DNA of 64,000 nt from Nemertoderma westbladi. Its lineage: Eukaryota; Animalia; Xenacoelomorpha. Positions 1-11,569 of this stretch are shown here, in pieces. The position numbers were made by a program, and so were the translations under genes. Within the stretch, counting starts at the first letter, position 1. Each line of letters starts with the position of its first letter. The notes below the pieces were generated by a model. The model was not told the DNA's origin. It saw nothing but the letters and a program-made list of their open reading frames with translations, and did not search any database. Location of the stretch: contig JAUCBJ010008198.1 of assembly GCA_032718475.1 (NCBI GenBank), positions 1 through 64,000 on the forward strand, written 5' to 3'.

Positions 1-1995
1 GAAATCGCGTCACGAGGAGCGACTCCAAAGGAATTGGTAAATACTCCCGAATGGTTAGGAGGACCTGACTTTCTCTACAGAGAAGAAGAAGAATGGCCTC
101 CCCATCTCACAACAGCAGAGATCAGACAGGCCAAGGGAGCGGAGAAAGTTAAACCCAAAACTCGAGCGAGTAAATCGAAGTTGTTTAAACCTGCGGTTGA
201 TCTATCTGTATTATTTACTTCCGGAGAGGATGCTTTGGATCAGAAACCCACCGCCACGACTAAAGAAGTCTTGGAAATCCGTGACAAGGATTGGAAATCT
301 GGAATACCAGATATTTCGCAAGGACTCTCACCTCTCTTGCAGAGAGCGATACGTCACTACAGTTCCTGGAATCGGCTCTGTAAAGCTGTTACCTATTTGA
401 AACGATGTTTTCATCATCGTTACTCCGGGACAAAGACCCATAGTGATGATGCTCCATCAACATCTGCACGAGTCCATGTTGTTAAAGATCTTCCCCAATA
501 CAAGGTATCCAACAGGTTTCTAAAGGAGAAGATCAGCTACCAGGAGCATGATGAAACCAACAAACAGATGCTGAGACTCCTACAATGCTATGAGGATTCC
601 GATAAGTATTTCCTGTTGTTAAGAAATCCACAGATGCGCTTAAGGGATCGCTTCTCTAGTACCATGATAGATGGGTTAATACGTGTTGGAGGCAGGCTAA
701 CCAACGCCCCATTATCCTTTGACACTAAGTTTCCCATCCTCATTAGAAATCTTGACATACAAATCAAGATAATTGTAGATGTTCATAGCAAACTGTACCA
801 TGCTGGTAGAGAACGAGTTCTGAGCGAAATTCGAACTCGCTACTATTTTTATAAACCCCGTAGGGCTCTGAACCAAGTTCTTAGGAACTGCATACCCTGT
901 AGGAAAGCATTCAGTAGGCCTTTAACACAGCGAGAGGCAGAATTACCTAGGGAAAGAGTAAGCTTCTATGAACCACCCTTTACTAATACCGGTGTGGATT
1001 TATTTGGCCCTATTGAAGTATATCGTGCCCGGACTATAGTCAAGAGATGGTGTGTCATCTTCGTTTGTATGACTTGTAGAGCTATCCATCTCGATATGGT
1101 AAACGATCTATCCACCAACAGCTTCGTGTTGAGTTTACGACGACAGATCGCTCGCTTCGGAACCAGTAACACGATGAGATCGGATAAGGGAACGAACTTC
1201 ATTGGCGCCAACAACGAAATTCAAGCTTACGTAAAGGACTGGAACAAAAGACAGGTGGACGATCAGCTAAGGATAACAGCGTCTAGCTGGACCTTCAACG
1301 CCGCCGACGCCCCTTGGTGGGGAGGAAGTTGGGAGAGATTGATTAGGAGCGTGAAGACTGCGTTCCATTTTATTGTGCCCTGTCGCGCTTATCTCACCGA
1401 CGAACTATTGCGGACGTTAATGGAGGAAATCGCCGCCTATCTCAACGAAAGACCGCTTATGCCAGTCTCTTCAAATCCTGATTCCCTGGAAGCGCTAACA
1501 CCCGCGCACTTTCTACTGAAGAAACCCGTAGCCATGCTCCCGCGATCGGAGATCACCGACGGAGACGAGTACTGCCGTCGAACCTGGCAACTTATGCAGT
1601 TGCTATCCCGTCGTTTCGCTGACCATTTCGAGAAACATTACCTGCCCACTCTACAACTTCGAACTAAGTGGTTTGCGCAGCAAGAAAACGTCAGCGCTGG
1701 AGACATGGTGCTTATTGTGGACCCCGATCTCCCACGTAAGCGATGGCAAACAGGACGTATCATCGAGACTTATATCTCGAGCGATGGTTTGGTGCGATCA
1801 GTAGAGCTCGTCGTCATGCGGTGGAACTTTAAGAAACCAGGGATAGTCTTTGAGACTCAACAGCTCAATCGCCCAGTGGGACGTTTATGTTTACTGGAAA
1901 GAGACAGAGAGCTCTCCGGAAACTATGGAAGGCAAGAAACTCTTCCCACGACCACTTCCCTAATCCAACCGACATCTAGGGACTCCCCAACTTAA
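1..1995 (+). CDS. pol: BEL/Pao LTR retrotransposon Pol, C-terminal part (end of RNase H, integrase H2C2 zinc domain, rve core, DUF5641-like tail); 5' part outside window
   Basis: Frame is open from base 1 (EIASRG...WLGGPDFL). Motifs: IRVGGRL, HSKLYHAG...CIPCRK, PFTNTGVDLFGP, IFVCMTCRAIHLD, SDKGTNF, APWWGGSWERLIRSVK, LTPAHFL, LQLRTKW, DGLVRSV. Integrase-last order is typical of BEL/Pao. Confidence 0.95.
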   Translation, partial: EIASRGATPKELVNTPEWLGGPDFLYREEEEWPPHLTTAEIRQAKGAEKVKPKTRASKSKLFKPAVDLSVLFTSGEDALDQKPTATTKEVLEIRDKDWKSGIPDISQGLSPLLQRAIRHYSSWNRLCKAVTYLKRCFHHRYSGTKTHSDDAPSTSARVHVVKDLPQYKVSNRFLKEKISYQEHDETNKQMLRLLQCYEDSDKYFLLLRNPQMRLRDRFSSTMIDGLIRVGGRLTNAPLSFDTKFPILIRNLDIQIKIIVDVHSKLYHAGRERVLSEIRTRYYFYKPRRALNQVLRNCIPCRKAFSRPLTQREAELPRERVSFYEPPFTNTGVDLFGPIEVYRARTIVKRWCVIFVCMTCRAIHLDMVNDLSTNSFVLSLRRQIARFGTSNTMRSDKGTNFIGANNEIQAYVKDWNKRQVDDQLRITASSWTFNAADAPWWGGSWERLIRSVKTAFHFIVPCRAYLTDELLRTLMEEIAAYLNERPLMPVSSNPDSLEALTPAHFLLKKPVAMLPRSEITDGDEYCRRTWQLMQLLSRRFADHFEKHYLPTLQLRTKWFAQQENVSAGDMVLIVDPDLPRKRWQTGRIIETYISSDGLVRSVELVVMRWNFKKPGIVFETQQLNRPVGRLCLLERDRELSGNYGRQETLPTTTSLIQPTSRDSPT

Positions 1996-2003
1996 TATCG
2001 TTC

Positions 2004-2016
2004 GGAGTGGGCGTGT
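2004..2016 (+). other. PPT-like purine run followed by TGT immediately after the pol stop (possible LTR start or relic)
   Basis: GGAGTGGGCG|TGTGAC 8 nt after the TAA. BEL/Pao elements usually place PPT+TG here. Confidence 0.4.
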
Positions 2017-2538
2017 GACTCTATTATTTTATATTATTTTATTATTTTACATTTATGTATGTATTACTATGTAATTTTATTATAATCGTTTTATTTAATT
2101 TAGTAGAATATTATTTAGTGATTATTTAGTAGAATAGTGCAATATATTCGTGTTTATTACGTACGTAATTACTTATATTATATTTAGTGCGACGGCGAGA
2201 AATAATTCTTTTTCTCTTTCCTTACTGTCCGTATTATATTATAAATACGTAACTACAGTAAGGTGAAATGTCCGTACTTATTAAAGTACAATAAAGCCAC
2301 TACTATATTTAAGTATTATTGGTAGGCAGAGTATTAGGAATGCAAAGTTCAGATCCTCGTGTCTCGGCTAAACCAAGCTCTGGGTAGACCTTGGAAACGA
2401 CTTGCCTCTTCACACTGACATTGCTTCATGCGATATTGCTCTCATACCGTATATTAAATAATACATATAGTAGCGTGATGTCCCTTTAACAGTAGCGTAT
2501 AACGCAAAATAAATCTGTTAAACCCTTTGACCATCTGT

Positions 2539-2840
2539 AATTCTAGTCGATTAAGATATCGTGGCACCCACCGATATACTTGAAAGACAAATTATAGAAT
2601 CAGTGGTTAACGTCCCCAGACAAGTTCTGGAATAAATCGGTGCCCATCTCGAATATTAATTAGTTAACATTTACAAATCAAATAAGTCAAAATCTGTAAA
2701 TTTCAGATCCTTCAACAATTCTAGTCAATTAAGATATCGTAGCATTTACCGATATTCTTAACGAGACAATTTTCTTAGAATTAAGGATCTTGTGTCCCTA
2801 GACATGTTCTAGAATCAAAATATGTCCATTTAATTATCAA
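2539..2840 (+). repeat. Diverged direct repeat (about 120 bp, two copies about 178 bp apart) in the element's 3' non-coding region
   Basis: AATTCTAGTCGATTAAGATATCGTGGCA...CCAGACAAGTTCTGGAAT (~2539) versus AATTCTAGTCAATTAAGATATCGTAGCA...CTAGACATGTTCTAGAAT (~2717). Confidence 0.75.
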
Positions 2841-3643
2841 ATAATAAAATTTCAGGGAATAAATTTAAATTCATGCCTTTTAATGAATTTAATAAATTGC
2901 CATTTTACGCAATTTATAAAGTTCCCAAAATTCCATTAATTAATAGGTCAAGGGAGCGGAGATTTATCTTATCATGCGTATGAGAGTGTGAAAGTCTCCC
3001 AAACATAGTCAATAGCCGATAAAATTCATAAAGTCATGTATAAAACAGGACATTGACTATTAAAGAATTACTATTAAATAACATCCCAGATCTGTATGCA
3101 TTGGAATTACCCTAATTCTACCGCTAGCTTTGCATAATGTCACCATAGCAACAACCACGCTAGAATTAGAATTGAGTTAAACGAACAATAGAAAGCTTGT
3201 CCCATTGAATAGCATAGGGAATAAATAGCGCACTACTAGTATCCAAGGATACATAATAATACAGTGACATTCTGGAAGGCATTGACTAACGGACAAATGG
3301 CCCAAATGTGCGTAGTTGTGACCAGTTGTGTGGTATTTGTGAGTTTATAGGTGAATGTTACTGCTGAAGTGTGTTTACAGTAGCTAGTCGCAATCGTAAA
3401 AATAACCTAACTCTCCAAGGAATACCTGAAGTACATCTAAGCCTTTGGGACGGACAGTGGAGTGACTTGTGCCGGTTATCGTTGTCGTTGTACGGCTACG
3501 TCATTGGCGAAAGTACAGCTACAGCGGTACATCGGCGCTGAGAATCTCCTACTGTCCGGGGGCAAGGGAGAAATAGGCAGCGACGCCCGCTCGCCTAACG
3601 ATATATAAACTCATTATAATATTGGTGAACTTGTATAACAGAT

Positions 3644-3982
3644 ATGACTGAATTAATAGAAGATGATCTTGGTATCAGGGAGAGATATACTCTACCTTTA
3701 CAAGCGTTTGTCGATAGCTTGATACGCGGCGACGCTGATCCAACTACTACGGAGGACGATGGTCGTTATATCGAACCGCCAATGTCCCAGGAGCAACTTA
3801 CGCGTGAATTGGATTATAGAAAGTTCACTGCTCGCTACACGCATCATAATGGTACGTATATGGACTTCTTGACCACTGGTCATCCTATTGATTTACACGA
3901 TACCGACGATGTAGACACCGAAAGGGAAATGGTTTTGTTTAAATATCATGCCCAGCGGAGTCGAAACGATAAATTCGGTTGA
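3644..3982 (+). CDS. Acidic 112-aa ORF; probable first coding exon (3644-3977) of the accessory gene below
   Basis: True ATG, with TATA-like TATATAAA at ~3602 and an acceptor-like TAACAG just upstream. Donor G|GTTGAG at 3978. Confidence 0.55.
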   Translation: MTELIEDDLGIRERYTLPLQAFVDSLIRGDADPTTTEDDGRYIEPPMSQEQLTRELDYRKFTARYTHHNGTYMDFLTTGHPIDLHDTDDVDTEREMVLFKYHAQRSRNDKFG

Positions 3983-4107
3983 GGATAGTACTCGAATGTT
4001 ACAACCCTCCTACTGAGATCTTATTTCTGAATATTTCAGAATGCGAAATAGTTTTTCCTCTGCTCTACCATCGCTGTCGGAGAACATATTAGGCATACAA
4101 TGGGAAT

Positions 4108-5883
4108 ATGGAGAACATTCCATACCCTTTCGTGGATACTCAGCTGATTGCTCCTTGGGCCGAAGGCCGAGGTTTCTTTCGCACTATGTATGCCAATACA
4201 CCCAGCGGCATTACTAAAGTACAACGGACATCCATCGGACATCTTGCCTTTCAAGAATATGGTTGGAATTTCAAAGTTGGAAATCCTATAAATTACCAGC
4301 AAGTATATGGAGATCATTACTCTCGTTTATATTTTGATGGACCATTAACTGCGCCTGGTGCCGTATATAGCTTTATGAGTGTTCCCCTTCGCCCTTCCTT
4401 AGCTATATACACGATCTTTGAAAACGCAGCACTTGCCGGTTGGCTAGCCGATGTGTGCAGTCGTACCATACGCGCTCATCCGTTAATACTTGGAACTAAA
4501 CTCGCCAAGTTAGACGAACACAATAAGTTCATACGTTTCGAATGTTTCCGGCGCTTTCTGACTCCGTTCCGTAACGTCGATAGTCAGTTCAAGGATCGCG
4601 CGCTGACCAAGCTCAGTCTTAGAGACTCAGCTGCGGAGAAACTGAGTAGCGCTGGATTTGCCGTCTTTCAAGACGTTTGTATACAGAACCTACATTCATC
4701 CGTTATACAAAGACCCCGAATATCTACAGGTTATTCTGTCGTGGAAATACAGACAGTGGGTCCACTTACGGAAACCGACGCACCCACTTCGTCTATGCAG
4801 CTGGAGGATGAACCAGTATGCTTGGAATCAGAAGCGATTCAACCTACGGCTTCCCGGAGCAGTGACAATGATTATGTCATAGAGTGGTATCAAGGTCCAC
4901 AGCGTCTCACAGCGTACGATTATCGACACGCCAACTACGTTTCCCGAAAACGTTGTCGATTATGCGCATCGAGAGACCACTTCACTCCTCTAGACTCGAG
5001 CGTACCTTGTTCCTATTTCCTCGAACAACCGATGATGGAAATATATTGTGCTTATTGCCGGCTTAATAACTCTCATATATTTGCCGTCTGCCCACAATTT
5101 ATGACTCAATGTCACTACTGCCAACTTAAAGGACACGAAAGTTACAATTGTCCCTTTAATCGCGATTTAGAGAGCGTAGACGAGATGATCACCCTGCGAT
5201 ACATCCGAGCTTGGGAAGCGAACGCAGATTTACATTGCGAATCCAGACATCGCTATTACCCTGGACGAGCTTACGAGGGAGTTTACGCGTTCCATCCTTA
5301 CCTATTCGCGTCGATTGAACAGAAAACACGCATACCAAGTTACGAGTTAATAAAGCGTGTTGGTGAGTGTATTTCCACCAAGTTTGTCAGGAAATACCTT
5401 AGAAACGTTAACCCCAATGATATAACCACATATCACTTGATCAATTTTATCCGTCAGGACCCTGAGTATGGCGACATTTTCGTGAACTCGCATCCTGAAC
5501 TCCAGGAAGTATCTCGGCGCCCATATGAATATCGAACCCGAGAACGCGAGCTGGAGAGAACCATTAAACCGAGAAAGTTCCTCACCACTCACGGTCCACC
5601 CACCGCTAGTGTCCAGACGACCCGTCAAGGACCCGTAGGAGCTGCTGTCCTAAGACGCGCTCTAAAGGCCGTTAGACCTCACTCCACTGAGGTTGATATT
5701 AATCAACCAGGTACTTCGACCGGCGGGTATACCGATCGTAACCCTGCACCTTCTGATGCAATTATATTGCACCCTTCGCCTAGGAGCTACAGCCCTCCTC
5801 GTAAAGTGGCTCGCCCCAAAGAGAAAAGGACTCTTGCTAGCCTTAAGAAACTGCGTAAACGCCGTCCGCGCAAGAAAGACTAA
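4108..5883 (+). CDS. Accessory ORF (591 aa) with three CCHC-type zinc knuckles and a basic NLS-like C-terminus
   Basis: Long intact ORF with CRLCASRDH...C, CAYCRLNNSHIFAVC and CHYCQLKGHESYNC; ends KKLRKRRPRKKD. No signal peptide or TM segment apparent. Confidence 0.75.
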   Translation: MENIPYPFVDTQLIAPWAEGRGFFRTMYANTPSGITKVQRTSIGHLAFQEYGWNFKVGNPINYQQVYGDHYSRLYFDGPLTAPGAVYSFMSVPLRPSLAIYTIFENAALAGWLADVCSRTIRAHPLILGTKLAKLDEHNKFIRFECFRRFLTPFRNVDSQFKDRALTKLSLRDSAAEKLSSAGFAVFQDVCIQNLHSSVIQRPRISTGYSVVEIQTVGPLTETDAPTSSMQLEDEPVCLESEAIQPTASRSSDNDYVIEWYQGPQRLTAYDYRHANYVSRKRCRLCASRDHFTPLDSSVPCSYFLEQPMMEIYCAYCRLNNSHIFAVCPQFMTQCHYCQLKGHESYNCPFNRDLESVDEMITLRYIRAWEANADLHCESRHRYYPGRAYEGVYAFHPYLFASIEQKTRIPSYELIKRVGECISTKFVRKYLRNVNPNDITTYHLINFIRQDPEYGDIFVNSHPELQEVSRRPYEYRTRERELERTIKPRKFLTTHGPPTASVQTTRQGPVGAAVLRRALKAVRPHSTEVDINQPGTSTGGYTDRNPAPSDAIILHPSPRSYSPPRKVARPKEKRTLASLKKLRKRRPRKKD

Positions 5884-5945
5884 CTGTTTAGAGTATTTTT
5901 ATATTTTAGAAACTGTGATTTTGTATATTTTATAGACTTAAATAT

Positions 5946-7086
5946 GGGAGCGGTGTAAAAGCTTTTGTGGGATAACTGATTCGTTTGCCTTGTTGGCCAG
6001 TTCCCCCCCAGTCGCTAGAATACTCTCAAAGGGATCTATAGCTAAAAATAGTGCAAGTTACCAGCTTATTGGCTGATTTGCTGTACGCAGGCATCTGGGC
6101 TCTGTTTAATCGGCCAACCAGCCTAGGGAGGTTGCGTCATAGCCTTGTTTTTGTATCTCCCAATAGAATTTGAGTTAGCCTTGATTTTGACCTATCACAG
6201 AGCTACTGAACTGAAATTTTCCTATCTCACTGCTCTTTCTCTGTGTTGAACGGGAGCTTCGTGGAATAAGGGTAGTTGGTATCCTCGTATAGAGCAGTAG
6301 TCACGAGTTTTTCAAAGCCACGAAAGAACGGCTTTGTAGTGTTTTGTGCTTTCTGCTTTTTAGCTCAACACTAGTAGGTTTAATTATAAGGACATATATC
6401 CTTTAACTCATGGAATCACTGCAATTTCGTAATCACTGCTGACACACGGCTTTTAATAACTGCTGAAACTGCTAAAATTACCTGCTCAATCAATACTGTA
6501 TACTGCTATTTGTTGTCGGTTATTCATTATATTTGTTGATGAATTATTATATTGGAATAACGAGAAATAACCCCGACACCCAATATTCTTGATATACCGA
6601 AGGTAAGAGAGAAAGGTTACCAATAACGATTGTGACTTATGTTAAAGTGGTTTGAAGTGAATCTAATGTTATTTGGTAGACCCTACATGAGTCAGTCTGT
6701 GTTCCTTTTATATGTGACTAAAATCAGTGAAGATTGGCAGATTAGTGTGCAGTATTGTGCAGCATTGTGTACGAGTGAGTCTGTTAAAGAAGCATTTCCT
6801 AAAGAATGCGCCATATATGTGAATTATAATTAAGCCATATCGTTGTGAGTAGTTTAAGTCATAACTCTGTTTATATAGATAAAGCGCCACGTCCAAAAGG
6901 AACTGTTAATATTCCCGAAGGTGAATAATATTGTCAGAGATTATATAATACTGTCAGTCGAATAATACATTAGGCTTACATAGCAATAAAATTAAACCGT
7001 CGAACCCAATCTCCCGGGAATATCCAGCGGGTGAATGATCGCGCACAGATTGGTTTCGACTAGTGTAGTGAATCAAATACTTGTCA
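5946..7086 (+). mobile_element. Candidate PPT (GGGAGCGG) and 3' LTR starting TGT at 5954; right end uncertain
   Basis: Purine tract followed by TGTAAAAG about 60 bp after the accessory ORF stop. AATAAA at ~6985; possible CA ends at 7047 or 7086. The 5' LTR is not in the window for comparison. Confidence 0.5.
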
Positions 7087-7499
7087 TAGGCTAAAAAGCG
7101 ATTTAATATCTAGAAGACATCTTAATTTGGCGGGTTAAACTGCCAAAGGTCTGAAAGCGCGAACAAGTGCCAATTTTGAAATAAGTGAATAATTTCTTCT
7201 CATATCAATTTTCAGAACCAATATATGATGCGGTTTACGAATTTAATACAAAAAATCGCATCAAAATTGGGTAACTTTCTGAAATCTGGTGTTATTCGCC
7301 CTTACCTCTCAAACTGAAAAAATACAGTTAACTGAGTGCATAATATGAGAACCGCGTTTTATGAGTATTTTTAGGAAGAAGGCAACGTAATAGAGTACTT
7401 TTCGAAACAAAACAATCATATTTTCTTATGAAATCATTTGCTGTCAATTAAAACAACGTTGTATCTAAAAATTCAGTGCTCATAATCTGCTTACATCAT

Positions 7500-8586
7500 A
7501 ATGTCCCGCACTTTACGCTGAACACCATATTTTGTTTGTACAGGATAGACATATTACAATAGAATGATGATATGTCGTTTGCAAAGCACAAATATATGTA
7601 TCTTTAATCTGGAGTACTTAGTTTGTTTTTGGTGTTTCGTGTTATGTGGTAAACAGGTGTCCCGCACTTTACGTAAAGTGCGGGACAAAAAGTAGAAATA
7701 TCAAAGGAAGTAAAGTAATGTGTACTTAGATGGGAGAACTTCAACTGGAATAATCATAACAGACATTTTAACTTCATAGAAATCTCTGATATTAAGACAC
7801 TATGAAAAAATGCATGAAGATCACATATATTTCAGTAAATAAAATATTCTCAAAATTGTAATTCCTCTATTTGTATTTGTATTAGTATTTCCAAACTCTG
7901 AATAATATTTGTAGGCCTGCCATTAACCTCTTCCTGGGTGGAGCATACTGCAAAGCTCCCGATATGATACGACCTAGACCGTACATGGTACGCTACTACA
8001 GTATTTATTAACGGTTTTTGGGTGCACTACAGCACTGTCCCCCTTTCTTTGATTAATTGGTGGTGTGGGTTAATCTCTCATAACCTGATTTTATGATACA
8101 GTCGCACAATTTTAATTTGTATCTCATAACTGGGCCTCGTGCTGCGCGAAGGCCCCACGAACGTGTATACATGTACGCAGTAGTAAGGGGCTTTACAGGG
8201 CCAACTAAGTTTGGTAGGTTAGGTTTAGTATTTTGGTTAGTGTTAGTTGCATTGTCATTCATTTTTAAGTTCAAATTATATGTGGCAATCTCACTGAAAA
8301 GTTTATAACTATCACTTATTTAGTCTGAATAATGTAATAATTAACGATTTAATGTGTTTATAAATGATAAAATCGTACGCGTCCCGCACTTTACAATTTT
8401 TTGAAGCAATAATTCTGAGACATAAACTGCTGCCGGTTTTCCAAACTGCTTTTTTTTACTGAACCGATAATTGGTGTTTCTAAGAAACACAAGCATTATA
8501 CTATTTTAGTTCATTTTCATGATGTACAGTGCTAAAGTATGCACAAAAAGTCGTACGAATGTCCCGCACTTTACATTGAATGAGCC
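7500..8586. mobile_element. Non-autonomous DNA transposon remnant with reiterated GTCCCGCACTTTAC motifs and terminus ...AATGAGCC
   Basis: Motif at 7503, 7659, 8381 and 8561; perfect 30-bp palindrome at 7658-7687. The terminal ~213 bp recurs almost identically at 11790-12003. Confidence 0.6.
8030..8168 (-). mobile_element. Fragment of dispersed Helentron/HINE-like repeat
   Basis: Shares ACTGTCCCC...TGGTGGTGTGGGT...GGGCCTCGTGCTGCGCGAAGGCCCCAC with copies at 18490-18620 and 19775-19905. Confidence 0.6.
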
Positions 8587-8595
8587 AGATTAAGA

Positions 8596-8829
8596 TTCAG
8601 TGGGCAATGCTGGTGAAGTAAAGACGAGGTCATACCAGATCTACATTTCTGGCAACCAACTCATGGAAAGCCTAGTCGTGGACGACCGGCCATAACATAT
8701 AGATCAACTTGAAAGGGATACTGAACTTGGGAGAAACGAAATTGCGACAACTATGGAGAATCGGGAAGCCTGGAAGGATTCATTTCCACTGTCCGATTTC
8801 GCTCGACCTACTGTAGTAGTAATAGTAGA
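8596..8829 (+). mobile_element. 3' end of RTE-clade LINE
   Basis: Translates to WQPTHGKPSRGRPAITYIDQLERDTELG, followed by a (TAG)n-like tail GTAGTAGTAATAGTAG. Confidence 0.7.
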
Positions 8830-10734
8830 TCTTTAAGTGACCCCACTGAATTATTATTAATTCATTTCAAACATCTAATTTCTTTCTGTAAATCTAATTA
8901 TTAATTGCAGATTGATGGTAAATCTAATCCCTTCTCTAAACCATCGCTGAGGCATGAAACTGCCAGATAACCCAGAATTATGTTTAATATACATTTATTG
9001 ACGTCATGATATCAAACTTATTGAACTTAACATACTCAGAAATAAATTAGTTGTAGTTGTAGTTTTTAGGTATGTTTTTTTAATAAACCCGCCATTTTGA
9101 CAGCTTCCTCCTGTTTTTACAAAATATAAACCCCGCCACTCGATTCAGGGCACCTTGCCCCCCCCCCCCCCCCCCCCCCCCCTTCTTCAATTGTTTCTAG
9201 CCGAACAATTTTTTCGCGCACAAATCCTATTCCATTAACATCAATCATTAATTCCTGGTTGTATCATAATATTATATTTCAAAAAACCGTTCCTCAATTG
9301 TAATTAACACAGCTACTTCAACTAAAAGTTAAAAATTCCCAAAGACTCTGTTAATGGCAAGATAGATCTCTGAAATCATAAAATGGACATACACACAAAA
9401 TTAAAATGCACACTTAATGGCGTACACCTATAATATAATTGATACTATAAGATATTATACGCCGACTATTGTAGATAACAAGAGATTAATTGCAGTATAT
9501 TAAGCAAAGCTCGCCCTCAACCAAGGCGTCCTTTAATAATTTAATATAATTGTATTAAAGGACGCCTTGCCCACAACCCATAGGTTTTAAAATTCTTTTA
9601 GGTTCTTAAAAGAACTTTAAATTTTTAAAGTTATTTTAATTTAAGGTTTTCAAATTAATGTATCTTTTGATTCACCTCTAAATTAAATTTATTTCTTTCG
9701 ATAAAGAACACATAAAGTTTATATTTTATAATTTGTGCCGTCTGGGAGCGGTGATCCTATACAGCCGTGTTCTGTAGACGCAGCCAGCCGGCAGCAGCAA
9801 GCATCCGTGATGGCAATAGCTGATCCTTCAGTCAGGTTTCTGACAACAGTAAAATCATCAGGAACATATATGCTATGCTTCAATCGAACACAGATTCCAC
9901 TTGCCCTTAAATATCAGTACCCTCAGTAACTACAAGCATTACCCCAAGTATGGCCACAAATAATATGCATACAGTTACATTCGCCATATTACTGGCTTTA
10001 TTATTAGGTGCCATACGTTAGACGAACTGTCCCCTTTTGTCTCCTAGTACAGTATTATGCTGGGATTTCCAAGCTTGTAGTGTCTAATTTAATTGAATTC
10101 AATTTAAATTTAAATTATGATGTCTACTAATGTAGCCATGCTCCACAGAATGATTATATATCACTGTAGAGATATATAGTGATATCACTAGTGTGTCTGA
10201 TAACAATGTTGATGTATGAAACAGTATCAAGCAAACAAACAAATATGGATTTCACCGCATGAGATATTTTACAAGCTCACAGCTCAGTAACTCATACCGT
10301 AACAGTAACACAAGGGATTATATTCAATGGAATTTTAGTACAAGCGACTGTATTATCGATTAATATAGAGATATATGCAACATATTGCATAATTTAGTTA
10401 CTGCTAATTTAGAATTCATTTGTTACGTCCAAAATATGATAATAATATTTAAGTTTAAGATAAGAAAGGTGTTCTGTTAGTATGGGCCATTTGGGGCCTA
10501 CCAGATGAAAATAAGGGGGGTGGGGTGGTGGTAGATGGGGGCACTAAAGATGTTAGCGGGTAAAAATAAACTGTGAGACATCAATCGGTAAAAACGAATC
10601 AGAGACGAAAAAATAATACAAAATCTACGTATTTTCAGCCTCGGCAATGATCGAATCCCTATCGAATCCCTAAATCCCGATACCTCTAGACAGCTAGACT
10701 ACCAGACTACTCGACAGCCAGAAAAAGCTATTAA

Positions 10735-10965
10735 ATGATATTGCTGCAAAGACTATCTGGGAAGATATTGGGTGGAATAGCGAAATATGTGAATCTAATG
10801 ATCTTAAGCGTCCAGAAGACAACGAGTTCCGTAGCTAGGAAGAAGCTTTTCAATATATTAGTAGATTTTAGTAAAGCTTTTGACCGAATTTCATGTGTTA
10901 AACTGTTAGCAAAACTACTTACACTGGGTTGCGGCAGCCATATGATAAATACGTATTATCTCTAA
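10735..10965 (+). pseudogene. Non-LTR reverse transcriptase fragment
   Basis: VDFSKAFDRISCVKLLAKL, the DFxKAFD RT motif. Confidence 0.6.
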
Positions 10966-11450
10966 CTACAATCGGACTGCTGCATTGCAGCTGCACATGA
11001 GAAGCTATGCTGTCTTAAAAAAAATATTTTGACACTACCATTCAATCGACAATTGGCAAACCCAATGCAGCATGCATTAAGAATGATATGCCAGCTTATC
11101 AACAAATTTGCACCGCCACAACTACCTATCCACCATGGCTTTTGCGAGATTATCCGCCTCTTCAAGGCCAGTGTCCTTTAAAATGCGTCTCAAGAAAGTC
11201 ATGGGCTGTCCACCATGCCTATTCACTCCATGGGACTGCCAAAGCACAAGCTGGACCGCACAGGCTGGACCTCTCGGCGAAAGCAATGCCTTGCAAAGCG
11301 GATGCGGCTTTGTTCAAGTATCAAGCTTGGGGGAACCAATGAGACACTTCCAATGTTATATAGTGTCTGGTTGGAGATGTGTGCATTGTACTTTGTACGA
11401 ACCATTGCATACTGATGTGATTGTGCAATGATTTCCTCAGGAATCATTGC
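10962..11450 (-). mobile_element. RTE LINE 3' fragment
   Basis: LEQSRIRFARHCFRREVQPV; clearly related to 24535-24795 and to the inserts at 38182 and 38999. Confidence 0.75.
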
Positions 11451-11569
11451 ACAATTTATATTGATAGTAACAATGTGTTGGCAAGCTGTATTTTTCGAGG
11501 TGTTATTATTATACGTTTATTATATAGGAAGGGATCTAGGGGTCTTAACCTCGAATAATAAGTTTATTA

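Noticed and set aside
4108-5883. Accessory ORF as an env gene
   Set aside because: No signal peptide, fusion peptide or TM anchor is visible; the cysteines form CCHC knuckles.
9158-9182. Long poly-C/G runs (also ~41880, 43725, 44185, 55206) as functional G-quadruplex sites
   Set aside because: Most lie inside repeat-derived sequence, and homopolymer length is unreliable in sequencing.
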